Under the pieces are notes generated by a model that was not told where the DNA came from, made no database searches, and saw only the letters and a list, made by a program, of their open reading frames with translations. From the NCBI GenBank assembly GCA_964016885.1, contig OZ024740.1:87792001-87856000 (forward strand): a stretch of 64,000 nt of DNA, read 5' to 3'. Source of the stretch: Eledone cirrhosa. Lineage: Eukaryota. Positions 41,048 through 53,002 of this stretch are shown piece by piece. Every line of letters starts with the position of its first letter. Position 1 is the stretch's first letter. Position numbers and translations under genes: made by a program.

Positions 41048-41506
41048 CCTCTTTTAGTGGGGACACTACGATGCATGTCTTAGCAGGAGGTAGTGGGAGA
41101 GAATAGCGGCGGTAGCGATAATGAGTGGTGGTGGTGATGTGATCGTAGTACTGTAGTGATGGTGTTGAAGTTGAAGTAGAAATAGAAGTTGAGGTAACTT
41201 GACTAGAGTTTTTGGCGTGGTAGTGGTGATGGTGGCGATGGTGGTGTTGGTGGTGAAATTATTTGCCTGTCACTTAGCCATTTTGCCATTTTCCTCTTTT
41301 TCGACTATAACATATCTGATCCAAAATTAAATATTAAATATTGGGGCCCTATGTCGTAAAGTGATGCGTTGTGGCTTGCTGAGCGTTGAAAATGTAATCT
41401 TATACTTCATGTGTAATAAGAATTATTCTATCACAGTTGTTTTAAATAAGTAAAAATCAAAAACTTACGGGAGCGATTCCATAACGATATATATCCACCA
41501 TGTGCG
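41010..41506. repeat. Unidentified repeat ending in (TTC)n/(TTA)n, copy 1
   Basis: Shares GGGTCAT..TCTATTTATATCTTTTG and AAAATCAAAA-CTTACGGGAGCGATT..TATCCACCA-GTGCGT with 45787-46532. Confidence 0.75.
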
Positions 41507-41571
41507 TTCTTCTTCTTCTTCTTCTTCTTCTTCTTCTTCTTCTTCTTCTTCTTCTTCTTCTTCTTCTTCTT

Positions 41572-41638
<67 letters not shown>
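41506..41638. repeat. (TTC)n followed by (TTA)n microsatellite
   Basis: Directly visible. Confidence 0.97.
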
Positions 41639-41639
<1 letters not shown>

Positions 41640-44600
41640 AGTTGCATTTATCTTGCTTTATGTTCATACGAGTCACAACCAGTGACCTCAAGAGACAACA
41701 AGGTCCGCCATGTTCAAGAAAGAACATACATACTCACACATGCATCTTTAGTGTTTAGACTTGTGATGTACTTATATTGACAGAATCTTCCTTAGTATAT
41801 GGGCAGTTCCAATTAGTACTATCTTTTGTATTTCTCCTATACGCGGGCTTCCTGGGATTTGCGATAAGTAATCATTAGACCCCTTAGGTATCATTCCCAG
41901 AGCGCCTACAACCACTGGTATTGTTTTAGTTCTCAATTTCCACATTTTTCCAATTTCTATCTCCAGGTCCTTATACTTGCTCAATTTTTCAAATGTTTTT
42001 ATAGATACATTCTTGTCTATTGGAACGGACATATCAATTAGCAGGCATACCCTCTTTTTAAAGTCCTTCAATACTATATCAGGTCTATTTGCATCTAGTT
42101 TTAGGTCTGTTTGGATGCTAAAGTTCCACAAGATTGAGAAGTGATCTTTTTCAAGTATGGGAGGTGGTTGATGCTCCCACCAATTCTTTTGATGGGGCAG
42201 GTCAAAATGCTTACACATTATCCAATGTATGTATTGTGCAGCTCTGTCATGCCTGTTTAGGTATTCGGTTGGAGCTATAGGACTGCACATTGAAATTATA
42301 TGGTCAATGGTCTCTGGTTGTTTTTTACATACACGGCATAATGGGCTGCATCCATTTTTTATTATGTTGGCTTGGTAATTTTTTGTTGGCAAACACTAAT
42401 CTTGTGCTGATATAATCAGTCCTTCAGTCTCCGATTTCAGTCCAGAGGATGCCAACCACTGATGGGTTAAAGTTTTGTCAACATCAGGATTGTTAGCTCG
42501 TTCTAGGTATTTTCCATACAGAGGCTTTTCTTGCCATTTCTTAGCCAGTTTCTTTGCAGTTACTTTTACCTGCTTTGCTTTTTCTGTGTTTTCCATTTCA
42601 GCAGTAAATGGGACTTCTGAAATTTGTAGTCCATTACTGTATCTTTGTGCATCTTTTGTAATGGAGTATGATCTTTTGATGCTTTCGTGTTTCAAAACGA
42701 GTTTGATCATCCAATCATGTGATTCCCTTAGATATGTAGATAATCCAATTGTTGCAGTTTTCAACGCAATGTCTAACTGGATTAACCCACGTCCTCCTTC
42801 TTTCCTAGGGAGATATATTCTATCTGTATCTGCCTTAGGGTGATGCATTCTGTGCATGGTTAAGAATTTTCGAAGTTTTGTATCGAGCTTACGGATCTCT
42901 GTGCTTGACCAGTTGATGACATTGTAACTGTAGGTTACTACTGGTATGCCAAGCGTGTTTATGGCATCGATCCTATTCCTTGCATTCAATTCCGTTCTTA
43001 AGATTGCTCTTACTCTGCGGTAACAATCCTTCCTTATCCTTTCCCTCATTGTCGAGTGTGCTTGATTCCGTCTCCTTCACAAACACCTAGATATTTGTAA
43101 GTTTCCTCTTGATCAAGTTCTCTTATCACATTCCCCCGATCAAGATTAATGTCTGAACTTTTCAGCAGCTTTCCTCTGGTGAACGTTGCTTTGGCGCATT
43201 TATCTAGTCCAAACTCCATTTTAATGTCATCACTGAACTGCTCCACGGTGGATAATAGCCCTTGCAATTGTTCATAATTTTTTGCAAATAGTTTCAGGTC
43301 ATCCATGTAGAACAAGTGATTAATGGTTTTGTCATAGACTTTATATCCATGTTTTGTTTCATTGAGCATTTTACTTAATGGTATAAGTGCGATGCAGAAT
43401 AAAAGCGGTGATAAAGAGTCACCCTGAAAAATTCCACAATTAATATTAACTTCTCCAGCTTCCAGTGATTTTGTTTCACTATTCAAAAGGAGTGTCGTTT
43501 TCCATGTCTTCATACTGAATGACAAAAACCTCCTGACAACGGGAGATATTTTGAAAATCTCTAAACATTTTTCAATCCAACTGTGTGGCAAACTATCGAA
43601 TGCTTTTTTATAATCTATCCAAGCAATTGATAGATTTTTGTGTCTATTATGACAATATTCCAGTATCATTTTGTTAACCAAAAGCTGATCCTTACAGCCA
43701 TATGAGCCTCGTTTACACCCTTTCTGCTAAATGGGAAATAGGTCATTTGTTATCAGGTGGTCATATGTATATTCAGTTAGGACTGATGTTAAAATGTTAT
43801 ACATTGTGGTCAAGCAAGTTATCGGTCTGTAATTTTTGGGATTGTTTGTCTCATCATTCTTCGGAAGCAGGAATGTAATGCCGTTAACTAGCCATTATGG
43901 TATCTTTTCTGGATCCTTAACTATTTCATTGTAAAGTTGGGCTCACAGCTCATGAGACTCTGTAAAGGCATTTATCCAAAAATTTTGTATTTTGTCTTTT
44001 CCTGGGGATTTCCATTTGCTGGTTTTTCTTAGAGCCAAACGCAACTGTTCAACTGTTATATTTTCCAATATTTGTTCCTCAAGGTGAGCTGTATCTTTCA
44101 TTTGTCTGTCTATCCATGGGGCATGTATATTATGAACTTTTTCTTCGGCCCAGATCTTTTCCCAGAATTCTTGCACTTCCTCCTTGGGTGGTATTGATTT
44201 AGCAGCTATTGTTGACTTTTCTGTAGAAGTTTCTTTGGTTGTTTTTGAACATATTATTGTCCTTATAGAATCTAGATCGTTTTTCAAAGCGCCTTATACG
44301 AGCAGCTTTGGCCGACACTTTTTGCTTGATTATTTCTATCAGCATGTCTATGTCACTTGTTGATTTTATACTGTACTTTCTTTTCAATTTTCTAAGTTTA
44401 GTTTGTTTAACATGTTCACCTACTTTATAGTTTGTTAAAATTTCTATGTCAGATCGGAGAAGGTTTATTTGGCGATTGATGTTCTCTTGCCAAGTAGATT
44501 TCTTGTGGGAATTCCTTTGTTTTTTCATTTTCACTCCACATAAGTGAGTGATGACTTTAGCCGATGCATAATAGAGATGATTTAAATCAGTAATGTTTAG

Positions 44601-45562
44601 TTTGTTTGTGATGATAATGTCTTTGAGAATTATGTTAGTCTTGTGTATTATCTATTGGTTCTGTTTGGAGTTCTGGATCTTAGGGAGGGTGTCTCGTTCC
44701 CCCATGTCAGATTCTTTCATTTTCATCCATTCGATCATAATTTCATCCTTCAAGTTGGCAAGTTTATTCTCATTCATTTCTTTATCATTTACGATCTCAT
44801 TGTTTTCATTTTGAGTTTCATCTTGAGCATGCACTCCCTCCACTTTTTCGATCCTTTCTTTAATTTGTTCTGTTCTCAGTGATTCCGCCCCAACCCTGGG
44901 ATTCGAAGTGTTACAATTTACCTCGTTTTCACTGACACATGTTTCATTTTCCCTTCGCTGACTTTGTGCTAATAGCTTGATCTGATCAATTTCTATATCA
45001 GTTAGTAACTTTTTTTTTACAATATTTCTTCGTATATTGGCTAGTTTGTTACTGTCAATATAGCCTCTGTTTTCGGGATGTTTCTTTTTCCAGTTGATAT
45101 GTGTCTGTTCTGTATTCGATGTATTTGATGGGTAGTACATGGCAGTGTAGAAAGCCTCAAGGACTTCTTTATTATCTTCCCTTGACCATTTTTCTCTCTT
45201 TTTCTTTGGATTTCTTGGTGGTGAGCATGGAGGGCCAACAGTAGGAGTATTCCGGTTATGGGAGGTCTCCAGCTCCGAAGTGATGGGAAGGTTTGAACCA
45301 TTAGCTGATTTTTCGACCCCAGTCTGGTTCCTCTCTGAGGGACGCGGCCCTTTTTGACCTGGGTGACGGCCGATCCGGTATGAGATTTTATCATTAGACA
45401 TTTACTTTATTTTGTCGCGTTTTATCCTTATCCGCCAAGGGGTAATCATTTCGTGTTACCACTTCCAGGACGAGTGTCAACCAAGACTAGAGGGGTCGTC
45501 CTCCCCTAGAGACACGGCTATTCCCCGCCGGCCGCCATCCCGGTATTTCTTGATCACGGGGT
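41639..45562 (-). mobile_element. Dong/R4-like non-LTR retrotransposon (family B), near full length, frameshifted
   Basis: [86 protein letters not shown]; 3' end in (TAA)n; structured 5' UTR. Confidence 0.9.
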
Positions 45563-45786
45563 TTTCTTTTTTGTTGTTTTTTTAAATTGTTATTATCATG
45601 AGTGGTTCCTTAATGTGAGCATTGCGTGGCTTAAGAATGAAATTATTAATAATATAATATACTTTTTGCTGAAGTTGCCTGTTACTGTTGTTGGCTATGT
45701 CGGTGGTGGTGCTGGGGATTTTTCTATTGTTGGTGGGGAAGGGGGGAGCCAGCAGTGCCATAGTCGTTGACGTTTGGCCGGTGGCC

Positions 45787-46532
45787 GGGTCATTAAGTCA
45801 ATCTATTTATATCTTTTGCTAGCCTCTCCCTTGTCTAGTGATACCGCCACCTTCCCCTTTCTTAAGTTAACAGAAGGTAATGGGGGAATAGTGGTGGTAG
45901 CAATGAAGGAGTGGTGGCGGCGGTGATGGGATAGTGGTAGCAATGATGGATGGAGTGGTGGCGGCGGTAACTATAGTGATGGCGTTGTCGTTACTGAGTT
46001 TTGTTGAATAGACTAGTTTGTTTGATCTGTGTATTTATGCGTTTGTCTCGTATGTTTAATATATGTGTTGACATATTTACTTAATATTGGAATTAAACAT
46101 TTTGTGAAAACTTGAGACCATAATAATAGTAATTATTATTATTATGCTGGGATTGGTGGTGGTGGTGGTGAAATTGCCCTTATCTGGCTGTTGTATTTAG
46201 TCTACACAGAGGGATGATGGGATAGGTGGTGTATCTAGTTTGTGGTGTTGGTGAAATTGCTGTTATTTGGCTGTTGTATATAGTGTAGACAGAGGGGGTT
46301 TTCTTCCATTTATAACCATTTTCTTTTTTGAATATAAAATGTATAATACAAAATTAAATATTTGAGCGATATAACAATATATTATGGATCCGAATATTCT
46401 GAGACTTGAGTCTGGTGCTTTATGTATCATTTGTACTAAGAATTGTTATTTCACAATTGATTTAAATATGTTAAAAATCAAAATCTTACGGGAGCGATTT
46501 CATGACCTTCTATCCACCACGTGCGTCTTCCC
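45787..46532. repeat. Unidentified repeat ending in (TTA)n, copy 2
   Basis: Homologous to 41010-41506; immediately followed by (TTA)n and the Tx1 5' end. Confidence 0.75.
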
Positions 46533-46768
46533 TTATTATTATTATTATTATTATTGAATGCCATGGTTGACGGAGGCTCGGCTCTGTAAGGTATAGTAAT
46601 TTTTAACCCTTAAAACAATTGTAAATTGTTTAAAACTTGAACCAAATTGTTGATAAAGACACCCTCCTCCTCGTGAGAGGGGTCTTTCTGTCCGTTATTT
46701 GGCCCTTCGGGGTTAAATAATCAGTTATTGGGGTTTTGTACCCAAAATTTCATTTTAAACAAAAAAAC

Positions 46769-48868
46769 ATGGCTACCAAAAAAAAAAAATTTCATACGTC
46801 ACTCCCACTCATTCCGTCTTCTTCTTCCTCAATCATCACTACAGGAGAGAGAAGATTGTCTCTCTCCCTCCCTTCTTTAAATGTGTCTCTCTCCCTACCT
46901 TCTCTTTCGCAAGCGACGAAAGAAAAGAAAAGTCTCGTGCAAAGCGTGCAAGGTTTCTCCACGACGACGACGACAGCGACGAAACAGGTGTGCGGGAAAT
47001 ACGAAAACCCAGTTCATTCGTCTGACGTCAGGAATAATAGCAGTAGCAGCCGTAATAACAACAGCAACAGTGACAATGAAAACAACAGTAGCAGCCGCAA
47101 CAGCATCACCAGCAGCATAAACAACAACAGCATTAGCAGCAGCAACACCAACAACAACCACAGCAACAGCGGCGGAGGCAGTAGTCGTAGTACCTGCAGC
47201 AACAACAAAAGTACCAGCAGCTCTGACGACAACAACAACAGCAGAGAAAAACCAATCTCATTTGCAGGTATTGCGAAAAACCTGGAAACAATCCTCATAA
47301 CAAATGAGGAATTAGAGGAAGCGAAGAAGATGGTGACAAAGAACGGACACCGAGCAATCTGCAAGGCAGCGAAAAATTTTTTCGAAACCCAAGAGCACTG
47401 TACGGTCACGTACCGTACAGTAAGTACAAAATCCCGTAGGGTGGAAAGAGCCACAGAGGCCCAAATACAAAAAGCCTTGGGGTCTGTGTGGCAGAGGAAA
47501 ACGCACATCACCCGAGGCAAAAAATACGCCACCGTAGACGTACTTTTTGCCACACCCCAGGAGGCAAAGGCCCAATCAGTAGTGACCCTAAGGAGCGAGG
47601 AAATGGTGTTGGTGCCCTCCTACTGCGGGCAAAAAATTGTGAGGGTCAAACTGACCCACGTCCCCCCCGGAATGACCCCTTCTTGGCTGGCCGCGTCTGT
47701 CCTCGTCGGAATCGAGGACAAAACAACTGTACTGCAAGTACAGAAAAAAGTAAGAGAAGATTGGGTCGGCTCCTCCATTGAGATGCTAATCCAAACCAAC
47801 CAGGAGTGCATCGAAGCTATCCCGGATGTGATAGACTTCGATAACGGCACTCAACTGCCCATAAGTGTTGAGGGCAAACGCCCGAAATGCTTTCGCTGTG
47901 GATCGAAGACTCACCTCAGGGCCTTCTGCAACGAGAAGACCCTGAGAAAGGAGAAAACCCCCCTCCTCCCGAATCCGGTTCCACGGCTACCAGCAACAGG
48001 ACAAGCGGCAACCAGGAACGATAGGTCCGTGGCACCCATACCCACTCCACGGAAATCAAAGACAGCAGCAGCAGTGGAAATATTAACAACAACAACAGCA
48101 ATACCAAATGCAGCTGCAACAGAGACTCCAGTGCAAACATCACCAACAACAACAAGTGAAAGAGTGGAGCTGGTACCCCTCCCCGACCTTACAGAATCAG
48201 ACATGGAGTGTGAGGTGGGAGAGGGATGGCAAAAGGTCTCAAGAAGGCACAAACGCAGAAGCAGCGCATCGTCGCCTTTGAAAAGGGAGGAAAGAAATGA
48301 GAAAAGGGTAAAGTCTACTGCAAAGAGACCCACAGCAGCAACACCACCAACACCATCACCACCCACACCAGCACCACCATCACCACCGGCGACAACCCCA
48401 CCGCCAACAACACCTTCAACACCACCACCACAAGCACCAACATCGCAAACACAACAACAAAACACACACACCCAGCAACAACGACAAGAAAATAGCAGAA
48501 CCACACCCCACCCCCAGAAAAACAAATGCACGGCAATAAACACACACAACAAGAAACTAATGACTTACATAATTGAACACACAGACATTTCACAACAGGA
48601 CTACATAATACCAGCACCAATCAAAACGCCAACTAACATAAGACTGCTAAAAATAGCACAGAAACAATACACAAACATTAAAACGAAATTTCCCAACGCA
48701 GTTGGTGATTTCAGGGACCTAGGAGGAACCATTAATCGAAGAGTATATTCAGACATTCTCTTAGAAGAGCCGACGACCAGCCGAAGGGACGATTCAACGG
48801 TCCCTTCACCAGACGATCAAGTGAAAAGGGATGTAAAAACCATCCCTCCTCTACCAAAAATACGGTAA
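46769..48868 (+). CDS. LINE ORF1 gag-like protein with CCHC zinc knuckle
   Basis: CFRCGSKTHLRAFC (CX2CX4HX4C); Ser/Asn-rich and Pro/Thr-rich low-complexity segments; ATG at 46769. Confidence 0.88.
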   Translation: MATKKKKFHTSLPLIPSSSSSIITTGERRLSLSLPSLNVSLSLPSLSQATKEKKSLVQSVQGFSTTTTTATKQVCGKYENPVHSSDVRNNSSSSRNNNSNSDNENNSSSRNSITSSINNNSISSSNTNNNHSNSGGGSSRSTCSNNKSTSSSDDNNNSREKPISFAGIAKNLETILITNEELEEAKKMVTKNGHRAICKAAKNFFETQEHCTVTYRTVSTKSRRVERATEAQIQKALGSVWQRKTHITRGKKYATVDVLFATPQEAKAQSVVTLRSEEMVLVPSYCGQKIVRVKLTHVPPGMTPSWLAASVLVGIEDKTTVLQVQKKVREDWVGSSIEMLIQTNQECIEAIPDVIDFDNGTQLPISVEGKRPKCFRCGSKTHLRAFCNEKTLRKEKTPLLPNPVPRLPATGQAATRNDRSVAPIPTPRKSKTAAAVEILTTTTAIPNAAATETPVQTSPTTTSERVELVPLPDLTESDMECEVGEGWQKVSRRHKRRSSASSPLKREERNEKRVKSTAKRPTAATPPTPSPPTPAPPSPPATTPPPTTPSTPPPQAPTSQTQQQNTHTQQQRQENSRTTPHPQKNKCTAINTHNKKLMTYIIEHTDISQQDYIIPAPIKTPTNIRLLKIAQKQYTNIKTKFPNAVGDFRDLGGTINRRVYSDILLEEPTTSRRDDSTVPSPDDQVKRDVKTIPPLPKIR

Positions 48869-48903
48869 GTGGTCTTTCCCATCTTTTCCACTCTATTTTA
48901 AAC

Positions 48904-51900
48904 ATGACCTCACTCAGAATAGGCAGCATAAATGCGCGTGGCTTGGGGTCGTCATGGAAGCAGGGTCACCTGCTCAACGACCTCAGGTCACTAAACATAG
49001 ATGTAGTGGCCATCAGCGAGACCAGAATCTCCGAAGCACGGGCCTTCGCACCGATCTTCGGCGGCTACGATGTGTACGCATCTCCCAGCCGTCCTGGATC
49101 CGGTGGAGGAGTTGCTGTACTTTTTCGGAGAGGTTTGGATCTCGCCATACGGGCCATCTTCCTGGACCCAGAGGGTAAGCTGGTGGTGCTGGACGTGACC
49201 AGCGGAGACGGGCAAGCCTTCAGGCTAGTGGCCGTCTATGCCCCGACAGGAGCAGGGCGGCCTGATTTCTTCCGGCGTCTGGAGACCTTTCTTGGAACGT
49301 CCCGCTCTTTAGTGTTAGTGGGCGACTGGAACGGGATCTTAGATGCACGCTGGGACTGTGTGGGATTAGCGGATAGGGGTGGAGGGTGCAAGAGCCTCAC
49401 CAACCTGCTCAGGCGTTTTGAACTGTCTGACAGGTACCGATTGGATTTCCCGAATGTGCCAATGTGGACTTGGACAAACCGCATAGGGTCATCCAGATCA
49501 TATCTAGATAGAGTATTTTGTAGGGAAATAGATAGGTCTAGCATAGGCTGTCCACAATTCAAGATAGTCAGCTACACGGACCACAAATTCGTGATCTGTG
49601 TGCTTGACTTAGATAGGCTTCATAGACGAGGACCCGGCTACTGGAAGCTAAACGCGTCCTTACCAGCGCGCAAGGCCTACAGAGACCGGATTAGCGAACT
49701 AGTTAAGCGGGCGTTGACGGGGGCCATCGTCAACAACAAGTGGTGGTTTGCTCTGAAAAGAGCGATTAGAATAGAATCGATTAGGTTTAGTAAGGCTTTA
49801 GCAATAGAGAAAAATAGAGCAGAGGGAGAACTAGTTAGAAAATTAGACGAGGCGCTTAGCAAAGGCATTGCGACCGACGTGCTTGCGGCGAAATTGGCCC
49901 TTGACCAATTCTTCAATGCAAAGCACGAAGGCTGCGTTGTCAGAGCTAGAGTGCGTGCTCTCAGACACGAGGGGACGAAAGCCGTTCAATGGGCCCGAGT
50001 GGCGGAGGCGCGTCGTGGCAACAAAGCCACGATCCGGTCTTTGGTGGACCACGACGGGCGCATGCTACTCGATCCCGGGCAAATGTGTGAAACTTTTCAG
50101 CGACACTTCGCTCAGCTGTTCGGGGGCAGCGGGGGGCCGGGTAGAGGGATGGACTTTAGTGTCTACCTCGACGGGCTGCCGCGGCTCTCGGCCACTGAGG
50201 CGAGGTGTTGCGAAAAGCCGATAACAGCCGCTGAAGTACGGGAGGCAATGACTGGCTGCACAAGGGGTAAATCGCCTGGTTTGGATGGTCTGCCCTATGA
50301 ACTTTACGTACAGATGCCAGACTTGTTCGGAGGCCTCTTGGCGGACGTCTACTGCAACTGGCAACAGAACGGGAGAATTCCCAGTTCTGTGAGCCGAGGA
50401 GCGGTGGCACTGCTGAGAAAGGATCCGAACAAGGGGGATAACATAGACAATTTCCGGCCCATAACTCTGCTAAACACAGAGTTTAAGATTTTGGCCAAGG
50501 TGCTAGCAAAGAGGTTGGCGCTTGTCGTTGGTGGTCTGGTGGGAGAGGCGCAGACATGCGCCATTCCCGACAGATCCATCCACGACAACCTCCACCTCAT
50601 GCGATACATCGTAGAGAGGGTAGCTAGGGAACCTGGCACGGGTGGGTCCTTGATCAATTTAGATCAGTCGAAAGCTTTCGATAGGGTCGACCATCGTTAC
50701 CTAGCGGCAGTCCTGAGGGCGGCTGGCTTTGGGCCCGTCTTCAGAGGCTGGATCGCTGCCATGCACAGCGACATCTGCTCTGTGGTGAGAGTGAACGGTC
50801 ACCTGTCGGAACCGTTCAACATCATGCGCTCGGTCCGCCAAGGATGTCCCCTCTCGTCCCTCTTGTACGTATTGACTCTCGAGCCATTACTGCACAAACT
50901 GGAGACGTTGAGGGGAGTCCCGCGCGAACTAGGATGCGGAAGATCCGTGTCAGCATATGCGGACGATGTCACCGTAGTGGTGTCGAACGCCAAACACATC
51001 GAGGCGATCGGCACTACACTAAGAGAATACGAAGCGGTGACAGGAGCAATGATCAACCAGGAAAAGTCAGTGGGCCTGCAGCTCGGCACCTGGAGAGGCA
51101 GGTCCATGCCGTCCAACAGCGTCGTCGGGCGCTGGACGGACGGACCGGTTAAATTGCTAGGGGTCTGGTTCGGTCCGGACCTCCAGACGGACAAAAACTG
51201 GGACGAGGTGACGAGCAGGGTGGCTTCTCTCACCCAGAAATGGGCGGAGAGGAAGCTATCCCTGAAAGGTCGAGCGGAGGTGGCTAACGCGTACATCGCG
51301 TCTGTCATCTGCTACCGCCTAACCGTCGTACCTTGTCCTAAGCCTCGCCTGACTGCGCTGGAGCGTTTGCTCTTTCGCTTTTTGTGGAAGGGACGTGCTC
51401 CGATGGTCAGGCGGTCCATCTGTTGTCAACACCCGCTACGTGGAGGGCTGGGCATGCCGTGGCTGATGATGCGCAGGCACGCGCTCAGGCTACGACATCT
51501 CCACCTCTTCCTCGACGGTGATCAGGTGTGGTCGCCGTTTGCTAGACGCGTTTTTCCCCAGCTCGTTTCCTTGACGGAGCTGCAGTCCTGGGTCAAGCGA
51601 AGACCGAGAGGGAGCGCCTGGAGACTGGAATGTCTTCAGGCGCTCACAGCCCTCGACCAATCGGGCAATGTGATCGGTGGAAACTCCACCTCGGCGTTCT
51701 ATAGAGGATTAGTGGAGGGGAAGAGCGACGACGTACTTGGGGAAACTCTAGGCGTCGACGAAAATCAACTAGCCAATCTCTTCGGAAGAACTTTCGGGCC
51801 AGGGCCTATGGACAACTTCCAGAAATCTCTGGCCTGGCAGTGCTACCGAGGAGCCTTGCCAGTTCGGGATAAACTCTACAGGCATGGAGGTGCCGTCAGC

Positions 51901-52323
51901 CGGGCATGTCCGAGATGCGCGCAGGGCGACGAAACCGTCCTGCACGCACTCGTCCAGTGTCCGAAAATTGCTGACTTGTGGGTTTATGTCGAACACCTGC
52001 TGTCGCGTTTAGGACGGATCCAGCTATCATCTGAGTCCATCGTGAGGATTGCCCCGCCCTCCTCCTTTAGCCGGGAAGGGCAGGCAGTTTTTATCTGTCT
52101 GGTGGCCATGGCGAAAGAGATAGTATGGTGGACACGTTTGAAAGGGCTGAAGACGAGCACTTACCTCTTCGGTGATGCTCTGATTGACTTTTTCAAATTT
52201 CATTTGAAAAGGAAAATCAGAGTAGAGAGGGAAGTGCTCTCTTCCCAGCATTTTGTTGAAAGATGGGTGAGAGAAGCAAGAATGGCCCGAGTGAATGGGC
52301 CGACTCTGAGTATATATCTGTAA
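48904..52323 (+). CDS. LINE ORF2: APE endonuclease + RT + C-terminal Cys/His motif (1139 aa)
   Basis: SINARGL, ISET, VYAP, GDWN, SYLDR, TDH; GYWKLN, KSPGLDGLPYE, FRPITLLN, DQSKAFDRV, QGCPLS, YADD; CPRC..HALVQC. Confidence 0.95.
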   Translation: MTSLRIGSINARGLGSSWKQGHLLNDLRSLNIDVVAISETRISEARAFAPIFGGYDVYASPSRPGSGGGVAVLFRRGLDLAIRAIFLDPEGKLVVLDVTSGDGQAFRLVAVYAPTGAGRPDFFRRLETFLGTSRSLVLVGDWNGILDARWDCVGLADRGGGCKSLTNLLRRFELSDRYRLDFPNVPMWTWTNRIGSSRSYLDRVFCREIDRSSIGCPQFKIVSYTDHKFVICVLDLDRLHRRGPGYWKLNASLPARKAYRDRISELVKRALTGAIVNNKWWFALKRAIRIESIRFSKALAIEKNRAEGELVRKLDEALSKGIATDVLAAKLALDQFFNAKHEGCVVRARVRALRHEGTKAVQWARVAEARRGNKATIRSLVDHDGRMLLDPGQMCETFQRHFAQLFGGSGGPGRGMDFSVYLDGLPRLSATEARCCEKPITAAEVREAMTGCTRGKSPGLDGLPYELYVQMPDLFGGLLADVYCNWQQNGRIPSSVSRGAVALLRKDPNKGDNIDNFRPITLLNTEFKILAKVLAKRLALVVGGLVGEAQTCAIPDRSIHDNLHLMRYIVERVAREPGTGGSLINLDQSKAFDRVDHRYLAAVLRAAGFGPVFRGWIAAMHSDICSVVRVNGHLSEPFNIMRSVRQGCPLSSLLYVLTLEPLLHKLETLRGVPRELGCGRSVSAYADDVTVVVSNAKHIEAIGTTLREYEAVTGAMINQEKSVGLQLGTWRGRSMPSNSVVGRWTDGPVKLLGVWFGPDLQTDKNWDEVTSRVASLTQKWAERKLSLKGRAEVANAYIASVICYRLTVVPCPKPRLTALERLLFRFLWKGRAPMVRRSICCQHPLRGGLGMPWLMMRRHALRLRHLHLFLDGDQVWSPFARRVFPQLVSLTELQSWVKRRPRGSAWRLECLQALTALDQSGNVIGGNSTSAFYRGLVEGKSDDVLGETLGVDENQLANLFGRTFGPGPMDNFQKSLAWQCYRGALPVRDKLYRHGGAVSRACPRCAQGDETVLHALVQCPKIADLWVYVEHLLSRLGRIQLSSESIVRIAPPSSFSREGQAVFICLVAMAKEIVWWTRLKGLKTSTYLFGDALIDFFKFHLKRKIRVEREVLSSQHFVERWVREARMARVNGPTLSIYL

Positions 52324-52583
52324 ACTAAAGGTGGAAAACTGGGAGAGGGCACTTGCCTTGGTGGTCAGGGTCATTGTGGCTTTTTACTGGGCTTTCTCCA
52401 CAAATGTCCCTCCGAAGTCTCCCCCCTATTGGGGAATTTTTCATTGTTATTTTCATTGTTATTTTTGTTACATCCTCTGTTTTTGTTTTTTTACACGCAG
52501 AAATGCCCATTTGTACCGTCCTGCATTGTCCTGCACTGTCCTTAATGTCTACTTTATGTAAACCCTTGTGGTTAATAAAGAAA

Positions 52584-52660
<77 letters not shown>

Positions 52661-52662
<2 letters not shown>

Positions 52663-52983
52663 AGCTGCATTTATCTTGTTTTATGTTCATACGAGTTATC
52701 ACCAAGTCACAACCAGTGACCTCAAGAGACAACAAGGTCCGCCATGTTCAAGGAAGAACATACATACTCACACATGCATCTTTAGGTGCTTAGACTTGTG
52801 ATGTACTTATATTGACAGAATCTTCCTTAGTATATGGGCAGTTACCATTAGTACTATCTTTTGTATTTCTCTTATACGCGGGTTTCCTGGGATTTGCGAT
52901 AAGTATTCATTAGACCCCTTAGGTATCATTCCTAGAGCGCCTAAAACCACTGGTATTGTTTTAGTTCTCAATTTCCACATTTT
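52661..52983 (-). mobile_element. 5'-truncated 3' fragment of Dong/R4-like family B
   Basis: Matches about 41639-41948; (TTA)n on both sides. Confidence 0.92.
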
Positions 52984-53002
52984 TATTATTATTATTATTA
53001 TT

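Larger units (their letters stand above)
46556..52585 (+). mobile_element. Full-length Tx1-like (L1 clade) LINE, copy 1, inserted in (ATT)n
   Basis: (ATT)n|GAATGCCATGG ... AATAAAGAAATC|(ATT)n; two intact ORFs. Confidence 0.93.

Noticed and set aside
46661-46690. CTCCTCGT motif resembling the L3 loop of R2 HDV-like ribozymes
   Set aside because: The flanks form a simple hairpin; P1/P2 nesting and the catalytic-C J4/2 segment could not be placed.
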